Part shown: piece after piece, positions 24,400 through 36,359 of the stretch
Numbering within the stretch: the first letter of the stretch is position 1
Layout: every line of letters begins with the position of its first letter
Assembly (NCBI RefSeq): GCF_001194135.2
Contig: NC_068998.1
Location: forward strand, 40,999,193-41,038,932
DNA length: 39,740 nt
Reading direction: 5' to 3'
DNA from: Octopus bimaculoides
Lineage: Eukaryota
The notes under the pieces: generated by a model
Seen by the model: only the letters and a program-made list of their open reading frames with translations
Database searches by the model: none
What the model was told of the DNA's origin: nothing
Position numbers and translations under genes: made by a program

Positions 24400-25420
24400 C
24401 TGGTGTTGACTTCGTATTTGGATAGTTTCTGCGCTTTATTTTCGTGAAGCGTTTTTATCAGAGATAATCACGATGACTGTCAGCGTGTATGTATTTTCTT
24501 TCTAATGTACGACCGTTATTTCGGGATTATTATCACGGGTACTTTGATTTCCTTGTCAAATTTTAGATAGGCATGTCTCAGATATTTGTTGCTAGGTCGT
24601 TCTCGTGTACCATGTTCGGTTCATGCTTACACTGTTTCTTGTCTGTCTTTATATCAAAGTGTTGGCGTTTTCCCCAGTGGATACAGCTACCAGTTCGATC
24701 GTACCTGTGTGTATACTCAAACTTGAAAAGGACAGACCAACCAGGAATGAAGTGATCAACCGTTTCATTTTACTAGTTTCATAATATACACTTGATGCAA
24801 GCATATTCTTTTCCTATTTTATTTTCCTAGTTGTCTGTGGTTAGACATTACTCTTCAAAACTTGAAGTAGCCCGGCTATTTCTGCTTTTAACGCCGAGCT
24901 TTCGAGTCAATACTAGTTTTTAGTTTGGCTTATTTCTATTCTTTTAAATCTATTGACCATGGAGTGTTTTCTCCCTCCATTTTCTTCCTCAGTGTTTTGG
25001 CAACTCATTTTAATTTTATCTTTTGTTTTTTTTTGACAGTTTCGGTTGTTCTGTCTTTATCTGAATCAGCTATTTCAGAATAGTTGCCTTTCTGTTTCCA
25101 CGTTGTCGTTTCTTTATATACAGAGAAAAGTTTTTTTCATATTTATCATATTTATTAGCTTTCCTTTGTTTGTTGTTGTATATTATTCTATTCTTACCGT
25201 TATCATTTTGTACTAATTTTCTATTTGTGTCAGGTTTTTCATTATCATTACACAATTATTATATCTATATCAGCTTTGAAGTGATGGCTCCAGGGCACTA
25301 TCAAGAGTTCCCTGCATTTTCTGACTAATCTTTTCGGTTCCCTTAATTTGCAAGTTATTTTGTTGAAGCTATAATTTATAATAGGAGTGGCTTCCATATT
25401 TATAAATTCATATTTACTCA
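24400..25420 (-). mobile_element. Degenerate RLE-type non-LTR retrotransposon (R4/Dong-like), C-terminal region
   Basis: Minus-strand frames give NYSFN...RKCRELL...HHFKADID, KWREKTLHGQ, SSALKAEIAGL, ETVDHFIPGWSVLFKFEYTHRYDRTGSCIHW...HEPNMVHEN and KLSKY, all colinear with R4-clade ORF motifs. Many stops. Confidence 0.8.
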
Positions 25421-25649
25421 CTTATTTCTAACTTTGAGTTCAGTTTACGGGTTGTGCTTGCTAAATTTGACGATTTTTGCATGTCTCCTTTTTGTCCCAG
25501 GAACGGCTTGATGTATTGCTGAATAGTCAACGGCGTTGGAGAGAATAAAGTTTGACGTTGTAGTTGAGAAACAGTTAAAGGAGTAAAAAAAATCAAGAAA
25601 AAAAAAACAAAAAGGCAAAAGAGAGTCACTTACTCTTATGGTTTCTTCA

Positions 25650-25979
25650 ATGACAATGACAATATTGGCCAAGGTTACCTTGATCTTTTCCGTAGGTTTT
25701 TCTTTCCACGACTAAACTTAAACTGTCCCCCCTTTTTACATGAGAACATTGCTGTGATATACGATACCTATTGATCGCTTTTCCCCCCTTTTTTTTCTTT
25801 TTTCTTTTTTTTCTTTTTTTTCTCCATCCCTTTTGATCGAACTCCCACTTTTTTTCTTTCTTACGATCCCTTTTGATCGACCCCGCTTTTTTTTCTCTCC
25901 TTCCTCCTCACAAAAAGAAGAGCTCTACATTGTATTTGTCCCCTCTGTGTAAAGCCCTGTGTGGCTAATAAAAGAAATG

Positions 25980-25980
<1 letters not shown>
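25650..25980 (+). mobile_element. Probable LINE (Tx1/L1-like) 3' UTR remnant
   Basis: Pyrimidine-rich tract ending gtatttgtcccctctgtgtaaagccctgtgtggctaataaaagaaat, the same tail as SINE A type 2. Contains an internal ~43-bp duplication (atcccttttgatcga). Confidence 0.45.
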
Positions 25981-26066
<86 letters not shown>

Positions 26067-26843
26067 GGGCATGCCTCAACTTACGTCAGTAATTGGTTCC
26101 TAGAAATGCGACTTGACTTAAAAATCGACGTAACATGAGAAAAACATTAAAATAAATTATTATCTCATATATATCTGTTTTAACAAATGGTTTGTACATA
26201 TATTCACATGCATTTTAATTGGTTTTCCACTTCAGGATTAGTTACTAGATAAGTTTTATACTTTCAAATACGTTCGCTGGGATATACTGAAGTTGAGGAT
26301 TATTTCTTTAAAAAAAAAAAACCGATGTAAAATCGTAGAAAACGCATCTCATCTCGAAACGACGTAAGGTGAGGTATGCTGTATCGATTGGACCATCTCG
26401 CCAGTCTTATTGTTGTAATGCAAAAACAGCTCACTTTCATGTTCCCAATGAATTGAAAGCAATGAAACTGCATCTGAAGTGTGATATGATGTTTAAAATG
26501 TTTACATTTAATTATAGCTAAAGATAATGTTGGAAATTTAAAAGAAAAACTAATATAACTTTAATATAACTTTAATAAAAGACAATAATGCTTCATATTT
26601 ACAATAAATATATTTTTGTAAAGTGAAAATAAAAGCTATAACGACCGCAGAATCGAAGCCTTTTAAAAATGTTTCATAATACAAATATTTATAACTTTGT
26701 CAGCGTTTTCTCTCTTTTTCGGTATTATGAAAATGTGTACGCACACACATACATGCATACATGCATACATGCATGCATGCATGCATGCAAACATGCATAC
26801 ATACATACACGTGCATTTATCTAAAAACATATAAATGCATATG

Positions 26844-26877
<34 letters not shown>

Positions 26878-27589
26878 NNNNNNNNNNNNNNNNNNNNNNN
26901 NNNNNNNNNNNNNNNNNNNNNNNNNNNNNNNNNNNNNNNNNNNNNNNNNNNNNNNNNNNNNNNNNNNNNNNNNNNNNNNNNNNNNNNNNNNNNNNNNNNN
27001 NNNNNNNNNNNNNNNNNNNNNNNNNNNNNNNNNNNNNNNNNNNNNNNNNNNNNNNNNNNNNNNNNNNNNNNNNNNNNNNNNNNNNNNNNNNNNNNNNNNN
27101 NNNNNNNNNNNNNNNNNNNNNNNNNNNNNNNNNNNNNNNNNNNNNNNNNNNNNNNNNNNNNNNNNNNNNNNNNNNNNNNNNNNNNNNNNNNNNNNNNNNN
27201 NNNNNNNNNNNNNNNNNNNNNNNNNNNNNNNNNNNNNNNNNNNNNNNNNNNNNNNNNNNNNNNNNNNNNNNNNNNNNNNNNNNNNNNNNNNNNNNNNNNN
27301 NNNNNNNNNNNNNNNNNNNNNNNNNNNNNNNNNNNNNNNNNNNNNNNNNNNNNNNNNNNNNNNNNNNNNNNNNNNNNNNNNNNNNNNNNNNNNNNNNNNA
27401 TATATATATATATATATATATATAGCAATAAGAAAATGGAGGGGAATATAAGGTACTCATCAACTTGCAGACACTATTCCGTTGATTAATCTGTTTATTT
27501 TATAACTAAAATGACAAAAAAGACAATATACAGACACTTATGACATACCATGTCATTTCAACAATTAAGATTTCAAATTTAATGGACAT

Positions 27590-28173
27590 CTAGCAATTGG
27601 AGAAGCGACAAAATCCTACAGCACAAAGACAAGAAAACTTCATACACAGTAACAAAACAGGCAAAGAAATATCTAAGTGAATTCCAAATACAACAAATCC
27701 CAGCATTAGACGTACTGGAAACAAACACAGAAGAAGCTAAGCATGTGAAAACCCGTGCTAAAACTACTGCCTTTGATATTCTTGCTGATAAATGGCACGA
27801 TAACTTCTCAATGGCAAATACCCAAAGAGAGTTAATAATGCCAATGTTGACGAAGCTCTTAGTGTCTTCTGGCTTAAAATCAGAGACAGAAGGGTTTATC
27901 ATAGCAGCCCAAGATCAATGACTACTTACAAGGAGCTATCAGGCCAAAATATTAAAGAACGGCAGTAGTCCAACGTGTTGTGTATGTAAACAACACAATG
28001 AAACTATCGATCATGTCTCCTTGTGCAGTCTTCTTGCGCCTACAGAGTATCTCAACAGGCATGATAGAGCAGCACAGTATATCCACTGGGTAATTTGCAA
28101 CAAGTTAGACCTGCCCCATGATAAAAAATGATGGGAACACAAACCACTTCCAGTGCTTGAAAATGACCACATC
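27590..28173 (+). mobile_element. RLE-type LINE fragment (R4/Dong-like), post-RT and CCHC region
   Basis: SSGLKSETEGFIIAAQDQ*...CCVCKQHNETIDHVSLC...EYLNRHDRAAQYIHWVIC...WEHKPLPVLENDHI. Confidence 0.9.
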
Positions 28174-29641
28174 GATTCCAGGCAGTGAGAAACAAAGTTA
28201 AAAAGACATTTAGGACAAGTTGATAGATTGAGAAGAGAGAACTACAGAACGAAAGCATAAGAATAATGCTGGAAAGAACACATAAAATAAGAGATAAAGG
28301 TTATGATGTGATATTGGAAGAATTGAAACAAAAAGTAGTAGCAATCAAAACAAAACTGAAAAGATATGCCAATAGAAAAAAGACAGTTCATGCAAAACAG
28401 ATTGTTTGATGCAAATCAGAAGAAACTGTTTCTGGAACTAGATGAGGAAATACACGTACCAATGATGCCAGATGCAGAGGAAAGCAAGTCATTTTGGAAT
28501 GGGATCTGGGACCAAGCTGTAGAGCATAATGATGAAGCAGAGTGGCTGCATGAAATCCAAGTTAGCTTAAGAAATATAGAAGTCCAAGAAGACATAAAGA
28601 TAACTACAGAAATGGTAAAAAAAGCAGTTAAGAAAATTCCCAAATTGGAAGAGCCCAGGACCGGATGGAGTCCAAGATTATTGGAGGAAGAAGCTGAAAG
28701 GGCTCCATGAAAGGATAGTACAAGAGCTAGATGAGTGCTTGCAGGAAGGCGCAGTGCCCAGCTGGTTGACAAAGGGAAAGACATTGTTATGTGCCAAGGA
28801 TCTTGAAAAGGGAAATGTAGCATCCAACTTTAGACCAATAACGTGCCTTATGCTAATGTGGAAACTAAAATTAGGTGCTTTAGCCGGTAAACTGTACAGG
28901 TACTTGGAAAAAAAGTGGGCTGCTACCCATTGAACAGAAAGTGTGCCGAAAAAGGAACCGGCGAACGAAGGATCAGCTCTTAATTGATAATCTAATTATC
29001 AGTAACTGCAAGAGAAGACACAACTCTGAGCATGGCATGGGTTGACTATCGCAAAGCATATGATTTGACCAGGTAGCGAAAAGGCTACATTGGAAACTGT
29101 GTGAAACGTGGGGGCTATAGAAAGGCAAGACGTGGTATGAGCACAAACCGCAGAGAGTGGCGGAGTTGGAGACTAGCAAAATCCTCTAGGATTTCGCAAT
29201 CCACACAGATCAGGTGTTAGAGCATAACAGACAGGGCCTAGTGATGGTGAACAAGGTGCGCCACAAATGCTATATAGTTGATGTTGCATGCCCCTTTGAT
29301 CCACTAGTAGTCAAGAAGGAAGGCGAAAAGATAGAGAGATACAACTTTCTTAAGTACGAAATAACCCAGCTATGGAGAATGAAGATAGTGAAGTTAGTGC
29401 CAATTATTGTTGTGTCCTTGGGAACATTATCAGAAGGCATAAAGAAGAATATAAAGGAAATTGGAATAGAGTACCCAGCAGAACTGTTACAAAATTTTTG
29501 CCTCCTTGGTACGGCCAGAATATTCAGGAAAGTGTTAGATAGCTGAAAAGAACTAATAGTATGATACCGTTATCTGCAGGTAGTATGCTCGCTACGCATG
29601 CAAGACTCCAAGAGCTCCAGCAAAACCTGTGATAAAGGGAA

Positions 29642-29713
<72 letters not shown>
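28174..29713 (+). mobile_element. Second RLE-type LINE (R4/Dong-like), internally deleted, with (AAT)n tail
   Basis: QNRLFDANQKKLF, PDAEESKSFW, frameshifted NWKSPGPDG, NFRPITCL, KDQLLID and WVDYRKAYD are joined directly to DQVAKRLHWKLC and then the endonuclease region CYIVDVACPFD...EKIERY...GTARIFRKVLDS* (stop 29544-29546). A 3' UTR and (AAT)n follow. Confidence 0.92.
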
Positions 29714-30464
29714 TACTATTAACATTATTTCAAAGAATTTTAATTGTTCTTCCCATTGATGCTGCCAAATAATCTTACAGCTCTTCTTGTTTAAATTAAA
29801 GTAGTTAGCAATTTACGCTTTCAGGCTTCTATATTAATTAATATGTAGAAATTAATCTTGTCGAAAAATAGCTAAAAAAATCGTATTAGACAATCTAATG
29901 TAATTTTATATATTTAAGTAACGAAAATTTTTATAGTTTGAAGATATACAATCCCACTACGTCTCCAAACTCGACATTCATAAAATAATTGCGTGATAAT
30001 ATTAGCACTATTATATAATATCAAGTGTTTATATTTTAAATAATAATTCTATTTTCAAATATAATTTTACTAAGGCGCCATGTTGTGATGATGTTTCTTT
30101 GCGAATACTTTAGATTAGTTATCCATTTTGAAATTGATTGTAAGAACATACCAAGAATTTTAACAGCCATTTGTTTTTGGTGGCATAAATAAATGGTTAA
30201 ATATATTTTATTACGTTGATAATTGATTCACTGCGTTGAGGAAATGAAAAAAGAGCTGCGTCTCTTAGGAGGATCAAATTGTTTGTATTCGTTCATTTTA
30301 CTGGAATTGATAGAGTTGTACAAAATTTATTTTTAATTTTAACCTGTTTCTTTATTAACCAGAAAGCCCGCAAATATTTAGGACAATACAAAAAGACAAA
30401 GAATGGTGGTGATTTACATAAAAAAACTTGTATAATAATGATAATAATAATAAAAATAATCGTT

Positions 30465-30663
30465 TCAAATTTTGCCACAAGGGCAGCCATTTTGAGAAGG
30501 AGGTGAGACGATTACATCGATCACAGTCTTCAAATTTTATCAACCCCGAAAGGATGAGAGACAAAGTCGACTTCGGCGGAATTTGAACTCAGAACCTAGC
30601 GACGGGCGAAATACTACTAAGTATTTCGTCCTGGGTGCAAACGATTCTGCAAGCTCACCGCCC
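30465..30663 (-). mobile_element. SINE family A
   Basis: Plus strand aaagtcgacttcggcggaatttgaactcagaac...aacgattctgcaagctcacc. Confidence 0.85.
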
Positions 30664-30692
30664 TAATTATGCTGCTGCTGCTGCTGCTGCTG

Positions 30693-30756
<64 letters not shown>

Positions 30757-30844
30757 TTTCAAATTTTTGCCAGGTTAGTAATAGAAAGAGGTTAGTAATA
30801 GAAAGAAAAACAGTAGAGGGGTAGCTAGTTAGTAAACTAGAAGA

Positions 30845-31682
30845 GGCAATTAGGTATCCAAGAAGACAGACTAGCTGGTTTGTTTCGGAGGACTTTGGGC
30901 AGGGAACTACCATGGCTAATTTCCAGAAATCCTGGCCTGGCAGTGTTACCGAAGAGCACTACCGGTTCGAGGTAAACTCTACAGGCACGGAAGTGCAGTC
31001 AGGTGAGACTGCTCGAAATGCGTGCAGTGACAAAACCGTACTGCACGCACTCGTGCTGTGTCCGATCGTTGTTAATTTGTTATGTCGAACAGCTGCTGTC
31101 GCATGAAGGGCGACTCCGGCTATCGGTCGATTTCATCTTGAGGATCGTCGCACCAACCAATAAAAAAAAAAAAGGCAGGACAGGCAGTGTTCCTCTGTCA
31201 AGTGACTTTTTCAAAAGAGGTTGTGTGGTAGACGAGGCTGAAATGATTGAGGAAAGGCACTTTCCTCTTCGGTCAAGTCTTCATCAACTTTTTCAAGTTC
31301 CATTTGGAATAGAAAGTGAGGGCGAATAGGGAGTCGCTACCTCCCAGTGAATTTGTGAAAAGATGAGTGACTGTGTCAAAAATGGTTAGGAAAAATGTCC
31401 ATATTCTAAGTATGTACCTGTAGACTGGAGAACAACACTTGGGTGAGGACTCAGGCCTTTTGGGGTCAGGGTAATCCGTTGGAGTTCCTTGATTGACACT
31501 AGTAGGAGTTTCTCCTGTAACAGGAGGACTGCATCGTTCAAGTTATCACATACTTTGTACACTATGTATACTTTTATTACATTTTCCCCATCTATTCCCT
31601 TATCATTTATGTAAGCACCTCACAAATTGTAAACTCTTTGTGATATCCATCTTATTTATGCCCCTTTGGTAAATAAAAGAAC
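30845..31682 (+). mobile_element. Tx1/L1-clade LINE 3' fragment
   Basis: Frameshifted C..KTVLHALVLCP...YVEQLLSHEGRLRLSV zinc-knuckle region, then a 3' UTR ending cccctttggtaaataaaaga. Confidence 0.7.
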
Positions 31683-31879
31683 TCGTCATCAGCATATTCA
31701 CCACCACCACTAACACCACCACCACCACCACCACTACCACCAATTGTTATTGGTATTGTTATTTGGAATTTTTAATGAATCTGGTTATTTTATACTTGCT
31801 TACTTTTTGTCTCTGACAGTCCGTCAAAGGCTATGAATGTGTCGATCCCGAGCGTTGACCGTCCTCCTCCCCCAACACA

Positions 31880-31990
31880 TTGTTTCTCATGGGAGTGGAC
31901 GTGGCTGGCAAGATAGGCAGATCCTTTGGCAATTGAGGGCACTGAAAGTGACCCCGAACAACAGCCGAAGGGGGTCGATGACGATGTCTC
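31880..31990 (+). mobile_element. Possible RTE-like 5' UTR remnant
   Basis: ggcaagataggcagatcctttggcaattgagggcactgaaagtgaccccgaacaa; resemblance is from recall only. Confidence 0.25.
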
Positions 31991-32602
31991 CTCCTCTCTT
32001 CATGCAGTCTCAAATTCAAAGCCCTCTACTCCAGCATCAACACACACACTTCCCTATTTTACAAAATTCGTGTAATAATAATAAATTCAGAAGTTTTTAT
32101 TCATTCGAAATCCGAATTGTAATTTTGGTAAAATATTATTTCTTTTTGTTTAAAGTAAGATAATCGTTATTTTTACTAACATTTTAGATCGAATAATTGA
32201 TAAACCTAAGAGATCGATATAATCTGATCGAATGGCAGTTATCTTTAGGAGTTTTCATTGTGGTATTGTTAATGTCGCATGAAACATATCCATATTTATG
32301 AATATTGTTGAAATCTAATTATTATATTAGATAAATTTATTACTGTTTCTTTTATTACACTCAGTGATTTATTAATAATAATGGAAATTGATATTTCATC
32401 TGGGATTACGGCAGATTCTTCTTTATAATTCATCCTTAATAATACAGGGTAGGTAGGTGGGTTGGGGGAAGAAGCTTACATTTAGATGGAATGCAGTAAA
32501 TACTCTTCTATATTTATATTTGGTTATTTAATAGAATAATTGCCAAAAACCAATACAAAATAGGGAAAAAAATCCAAACAAAGAATATTTCTGCAAATAG
32601 GG

Positions 32603-32775
32603 GGTAGGCATGGATGTGTGGTTAAGAAGAACGGTTTGAAACTATATGGTTTCGGGTTCAGTCCCAGAACGTGGCACTTTGGGCAAGTGTCTTCTACAGT
32701 AGCAAATGGATGACCAATATCATATGAGTGAATTTGGTAGATGGAAACTGCATAGAAGCTCGTCGTATGGGCATA
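32603..32775 (+). mobile_element. SINE family B head and central domain
   Basis: ggcatggatgtgtggttaagaag (A-box), ggttcagtccc (B-box-like), cactttgggcaagtg, tgagtgaatttggtagatggaaactg. Confidence 0.8.
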
Positions 32776-32897
32776 TATATATGTATTAACGCTTGTTTTC
32801 CTGTTCATTTATAATGAAAACAATTTTGCATTAATCTGATGGGTCACTCTATACTTTTATATAGTACAAAATTATTATTCTCATATAAGAATGTTGA

Positions 32898-32980
32898 CAG
32901 TGATTTCGAAGTTTCAGCCAGCTAAGCTATTATCGGGCAGTCCGATGATGGCTTAGCTGATCGAAACTTCGAAGTCACTG
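32898..32980. repeat. 83-nt near-perfect inverted repeat containing a hammerhead-like motif
   Basis: cagtgatttcgaagtttc/gaaacttcgaagtcactg and cagctaagctattatcgg/ccgatgatggcttagctg; loop gcagt. Confidence 0.85.
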
Positions 32981-33216
32981 GATAAGAATAGTAAATTTCT
33001 CTCTCTATATATATATAATTGCAGCATGGAAGATATTTGTAAGCCATTCAAGAACACACACACACAAAACAAAAATCCGTTAGTTTCACTTCAACATTTA
33101 ATTTTCATTTGTATCAAAATATTTTCATCGCTTTGAAACCGCGACCTGTTCACTGATAGAAATTGGTTCTGCGTCTGAGAGAGTAACAGTTAGTTTATGA
33201 TATATATGTGTTTACG

Positions 33217-33317
33217 TACGTGAGTGGATTTGGTAGATGGAAACTGAAAGAAGCCCGTCATGTATATATATACATATATATATGTATATATGGTCATTCC
33301 TCTTATTTTTGTATGTA

Positions 33318-33389
<72 letters not shown>

Positions 33390-33605
33390 TTATGTGTGTA
33401 TGTTTGTGTCTGTGTTTGTCCCCACCACCACCATCGCCTGACAACCGATGCTGGTGTGTTTGCGTTTCCGTAACTTAGCTGTTTGGCAGAAGAACTGATA
33501 GAATAAACACTAGGCTTACAGGGAATAAGTCCAGGGGTCGATTTCTTCGACTAAAGGGCGGTGCTCCAGCTTGGCCACAGTCAAATAACCGAAACAAGTA
33601 AAATA
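33217..33605 (+). mobile_element. SINE family B central domain, internal microsatellite and 3' tail
   Basis: tgagtggatttggtagatggaaactgaaagaagcccgtc, (TA)n(TG)n, then gtaacttagc...ggcggtgctccagcttggcc...gaaacaagtaaaa. Confidence 0.85.
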
Positions 33606-33871
33606 ATGAAACAATACCAGAAGAACGTTCCGTACCAATAAACCAAGAAGGTTCTTTGAATACGTACGATGTATTTTAAGACTAAATAATAATTCTGTTT
33701 ACATTTGCGTAACTGAGATATTAGACCCTTTAAGGATTTTTAAAAATCAATTACTTCTTTAGGAAATAAAGAAACATTTCTCATGGTACCAGCACACAGT
33801 TTACAGATGTTTTCATTTACATTTTTTTATGTTTCCCGTGAAGTTTACAGGAGTCCGGTTAGTTACTATTA

Positions 33872-33945
<74 letters not shown>

Positions 33946-33947
<2 letters not shown>

Positions 33948-34170
33948 GGTGGCGAGCTAGCAGAATCGTTAGTACAGCGGGGAAAAAAAAAATGCTAAGC
34001 GGCATTTCGTCCGTCCTTTCATTCTCAGTTCAAATTCCGCCGAGTTCAACTTTGCCTTTCATCCTTTCGGGGTCGATTAAATAGGTACCAGTTACGCAGT
34101 GGAGTCGATGTAATCGGCTTAATTCTTTCCCCCAAAATTTGAAGCCTTGTGCTTCCAGTAGAAAGAATTA
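33946..34170 (+). mobile_element. SINE family A, tail type 1
   Basis: Full body directly after an (ATT)n run. Confidence 0.9.
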
Positions 34171-34467
34171 TCATCATCACCACCACCATCATCATCATCA
34201 TCATAGTCATAATCATTATTATTATTATTATTATTATTATTGGAATTAGGTACATTTTTCATTCAATAATTGTCAATAAATATTTGAATTATTTTTTCAT
34301 TCTTTGGCTAATTGGATTTTGTTAAATCTGTTAAGAAATGATAATCTTACTTCTAAATATCTCTTGTACCATCTATCCAGTCAGGCTTATAAAATCCATA
34401 TTTACACCCCCCACATACACATGTGAATATGTATATACATGTATTTGTGTATGTATGTATAAATATG

Positions 34468-34506
<39 letters not shown>

Positions 34507-35165
34507 TAATGTATGTATATATACATTCATTTTATTTGATTAAATATCATTAATATTTTCATTAGTTGTGATAATTATAATTATAATACTGAAAGTAATT
34601 ACTGACGTGATTTGATCGTAGATCGATTTTTTCATATTCTACTTTCCCAGTCGTTTTACTAAAGAAGAAATTGATAAAAAAAACCCTTAAAGGGTCTAAT
34701 TTGTGGCATTCTATTGTTCAAACATGCGTTGCTTGGGGGAATCAAATTCTCAGTATAAAATTAAATCATATATACTCAGAGTCTGTAAGAAATATTTCCA
34801 TTCTTCTTTGTAGTTTTTATTCTTATGTTAGCATTATAATATAAATGTTGTGCATTAAAATCAGCTGAAAATAAAATTATATTTTAGCGTGGAAGTTGAT
34901 TTTTCAAAGAAATTTTCTAGATTTTATTATTGGCTCTGGACGTTTGGGAAGCAATGAAAGTTTATTAAATAAGAAATCTAAATTTCTGATAGAGATACAT
35001 GCATCCGCATGCGCGCACACACACACGTACACACACACACGTACATATGAACATATATATGTATGTATATGTATATACATACATGTACGTATACACATAT
35101 ATATGTATATATATATGTGTGTATGTATGTATGTCTATATGTATGAATGAATATATACACATATA

Positions 35166-35261
<96 letters not shown>

Positions 35262-35390
35262 TATTTTAATATTTCACTCAGGCATTGCGATACTAATAAC
35301 CTTGTGTAGAACTCAATATAGATATTTCTGTGTAAATCTCCACTGCCCTTCGTGTTTGTATTTTTAATGTTTTTCACAGTCCTTGCTTAC

Positions 35391-35516
35391 GGAGGTCGAC
35401 TTTGTCTTTCATCTTTTCGGGCTCGATAAAATAACTGCCAGTCGACCAATGGGGCTGACGAAATTGATTAGCCCTTTTCCGATATCTCAGGCCTTGTTCC
35501 TATAGTAAAAAGGATT
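35391..35516 (+). mobile_element. SINE family A, 5'-truncated
   Basis: ggaggtcgactttgtctttcatc...caggccttgttcctatagtaaaaaggatt. Confidence 0.8.
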
Positions 35517-35523
35517 TTTACTT

Positions 35524-35740
35524 AGGGCGGTGAACTGGCAGAATCGTCAGCACCTTGGACAAAATTCTTAGCGGAATTTCTTCCGGATCACTATGTTCTG
35601 AGTTCAAATTTCGCTGAGATCGACTTTGTCTTTCATCCTTTCGGAGTTGATGAATACATACCAGTTACGTACTGGGATCGATTAGGCTTTCCTCAAAATT
35701 TCAGGCCTTGTGCGCCTTTAGAAGAAAGTATTATTATTAT
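35524..35740 (+). mobile_element. SINE family A, tandem copy
   Basis: ggcggtgaactggcagaatcgtcagc...tcaggccttgtgcg...gaaagtattatt. Confidence 0.85.
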
Positions 35741-35745
35741 TATTG

Positions 35746-36277
35746 AGTGAGAGAGCAGTGTATGCCATAAAGTGACACTGGGGTAAAATATACAAGCTCA
35801 GTATACCCATCATGACTACCCGTCTGATAAGGGTACACCAGGCACATGCATCACAACCATATGTGCGCAACATGGTGATCTCATATCAAGATAAACAGCA
35901 CATGACCTCGCAGTTAGAATTTTCTCCAGGTCGAGTAGCCCATCCCACTCAAAAGGTCCCTGAATAAGGTTTGTTTAAGGATGTTGAGCAAAACACTCAT
36001 GTTTTCAAAGGCGAATTATTCAAACCCCAAAGACTACCTCTCAACACATGGCTATGATGCTCCCCCACTAAGTCTGCTCGTGATCAGAGATGCACATATC
36101 GTCAGCCACCAAGGGACATGCTCAACTGGTTAAAGTCAAACAACTGACAAGCAAATCTATGGTATTAAGCAGAATATTTGCTGTAGGCCATCTTTTTATA
36201 CCAATGTACATTGATAGCACTTCCAATTAATTAAGATCAGAAGCCATGAGAGCCACTGCCTGGTACTGCATCAGTAC

Positions 36278-36278
<1 letters not shown>
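35746..36278 (-). mobile_element. ~530-bp non-autonomous element embedded in (ATT)n repeats
   Basis: High-complexity non-coding block with (ATT)n on both sides, giving an (AAT)n tail in minus orientation. I recall it as a high-copy octopus repeat; orientation is inferred. Confidence 0.6.

Positions 36279-36359
<81 letters not shown>

Noticed and set aside
32603-32680. SINE heads as functional tRNA genes
   Set aside because: A- and B-box-like motifs are present but there is no cloverleaf or acceptor stem, and they continue into SINE bodies.
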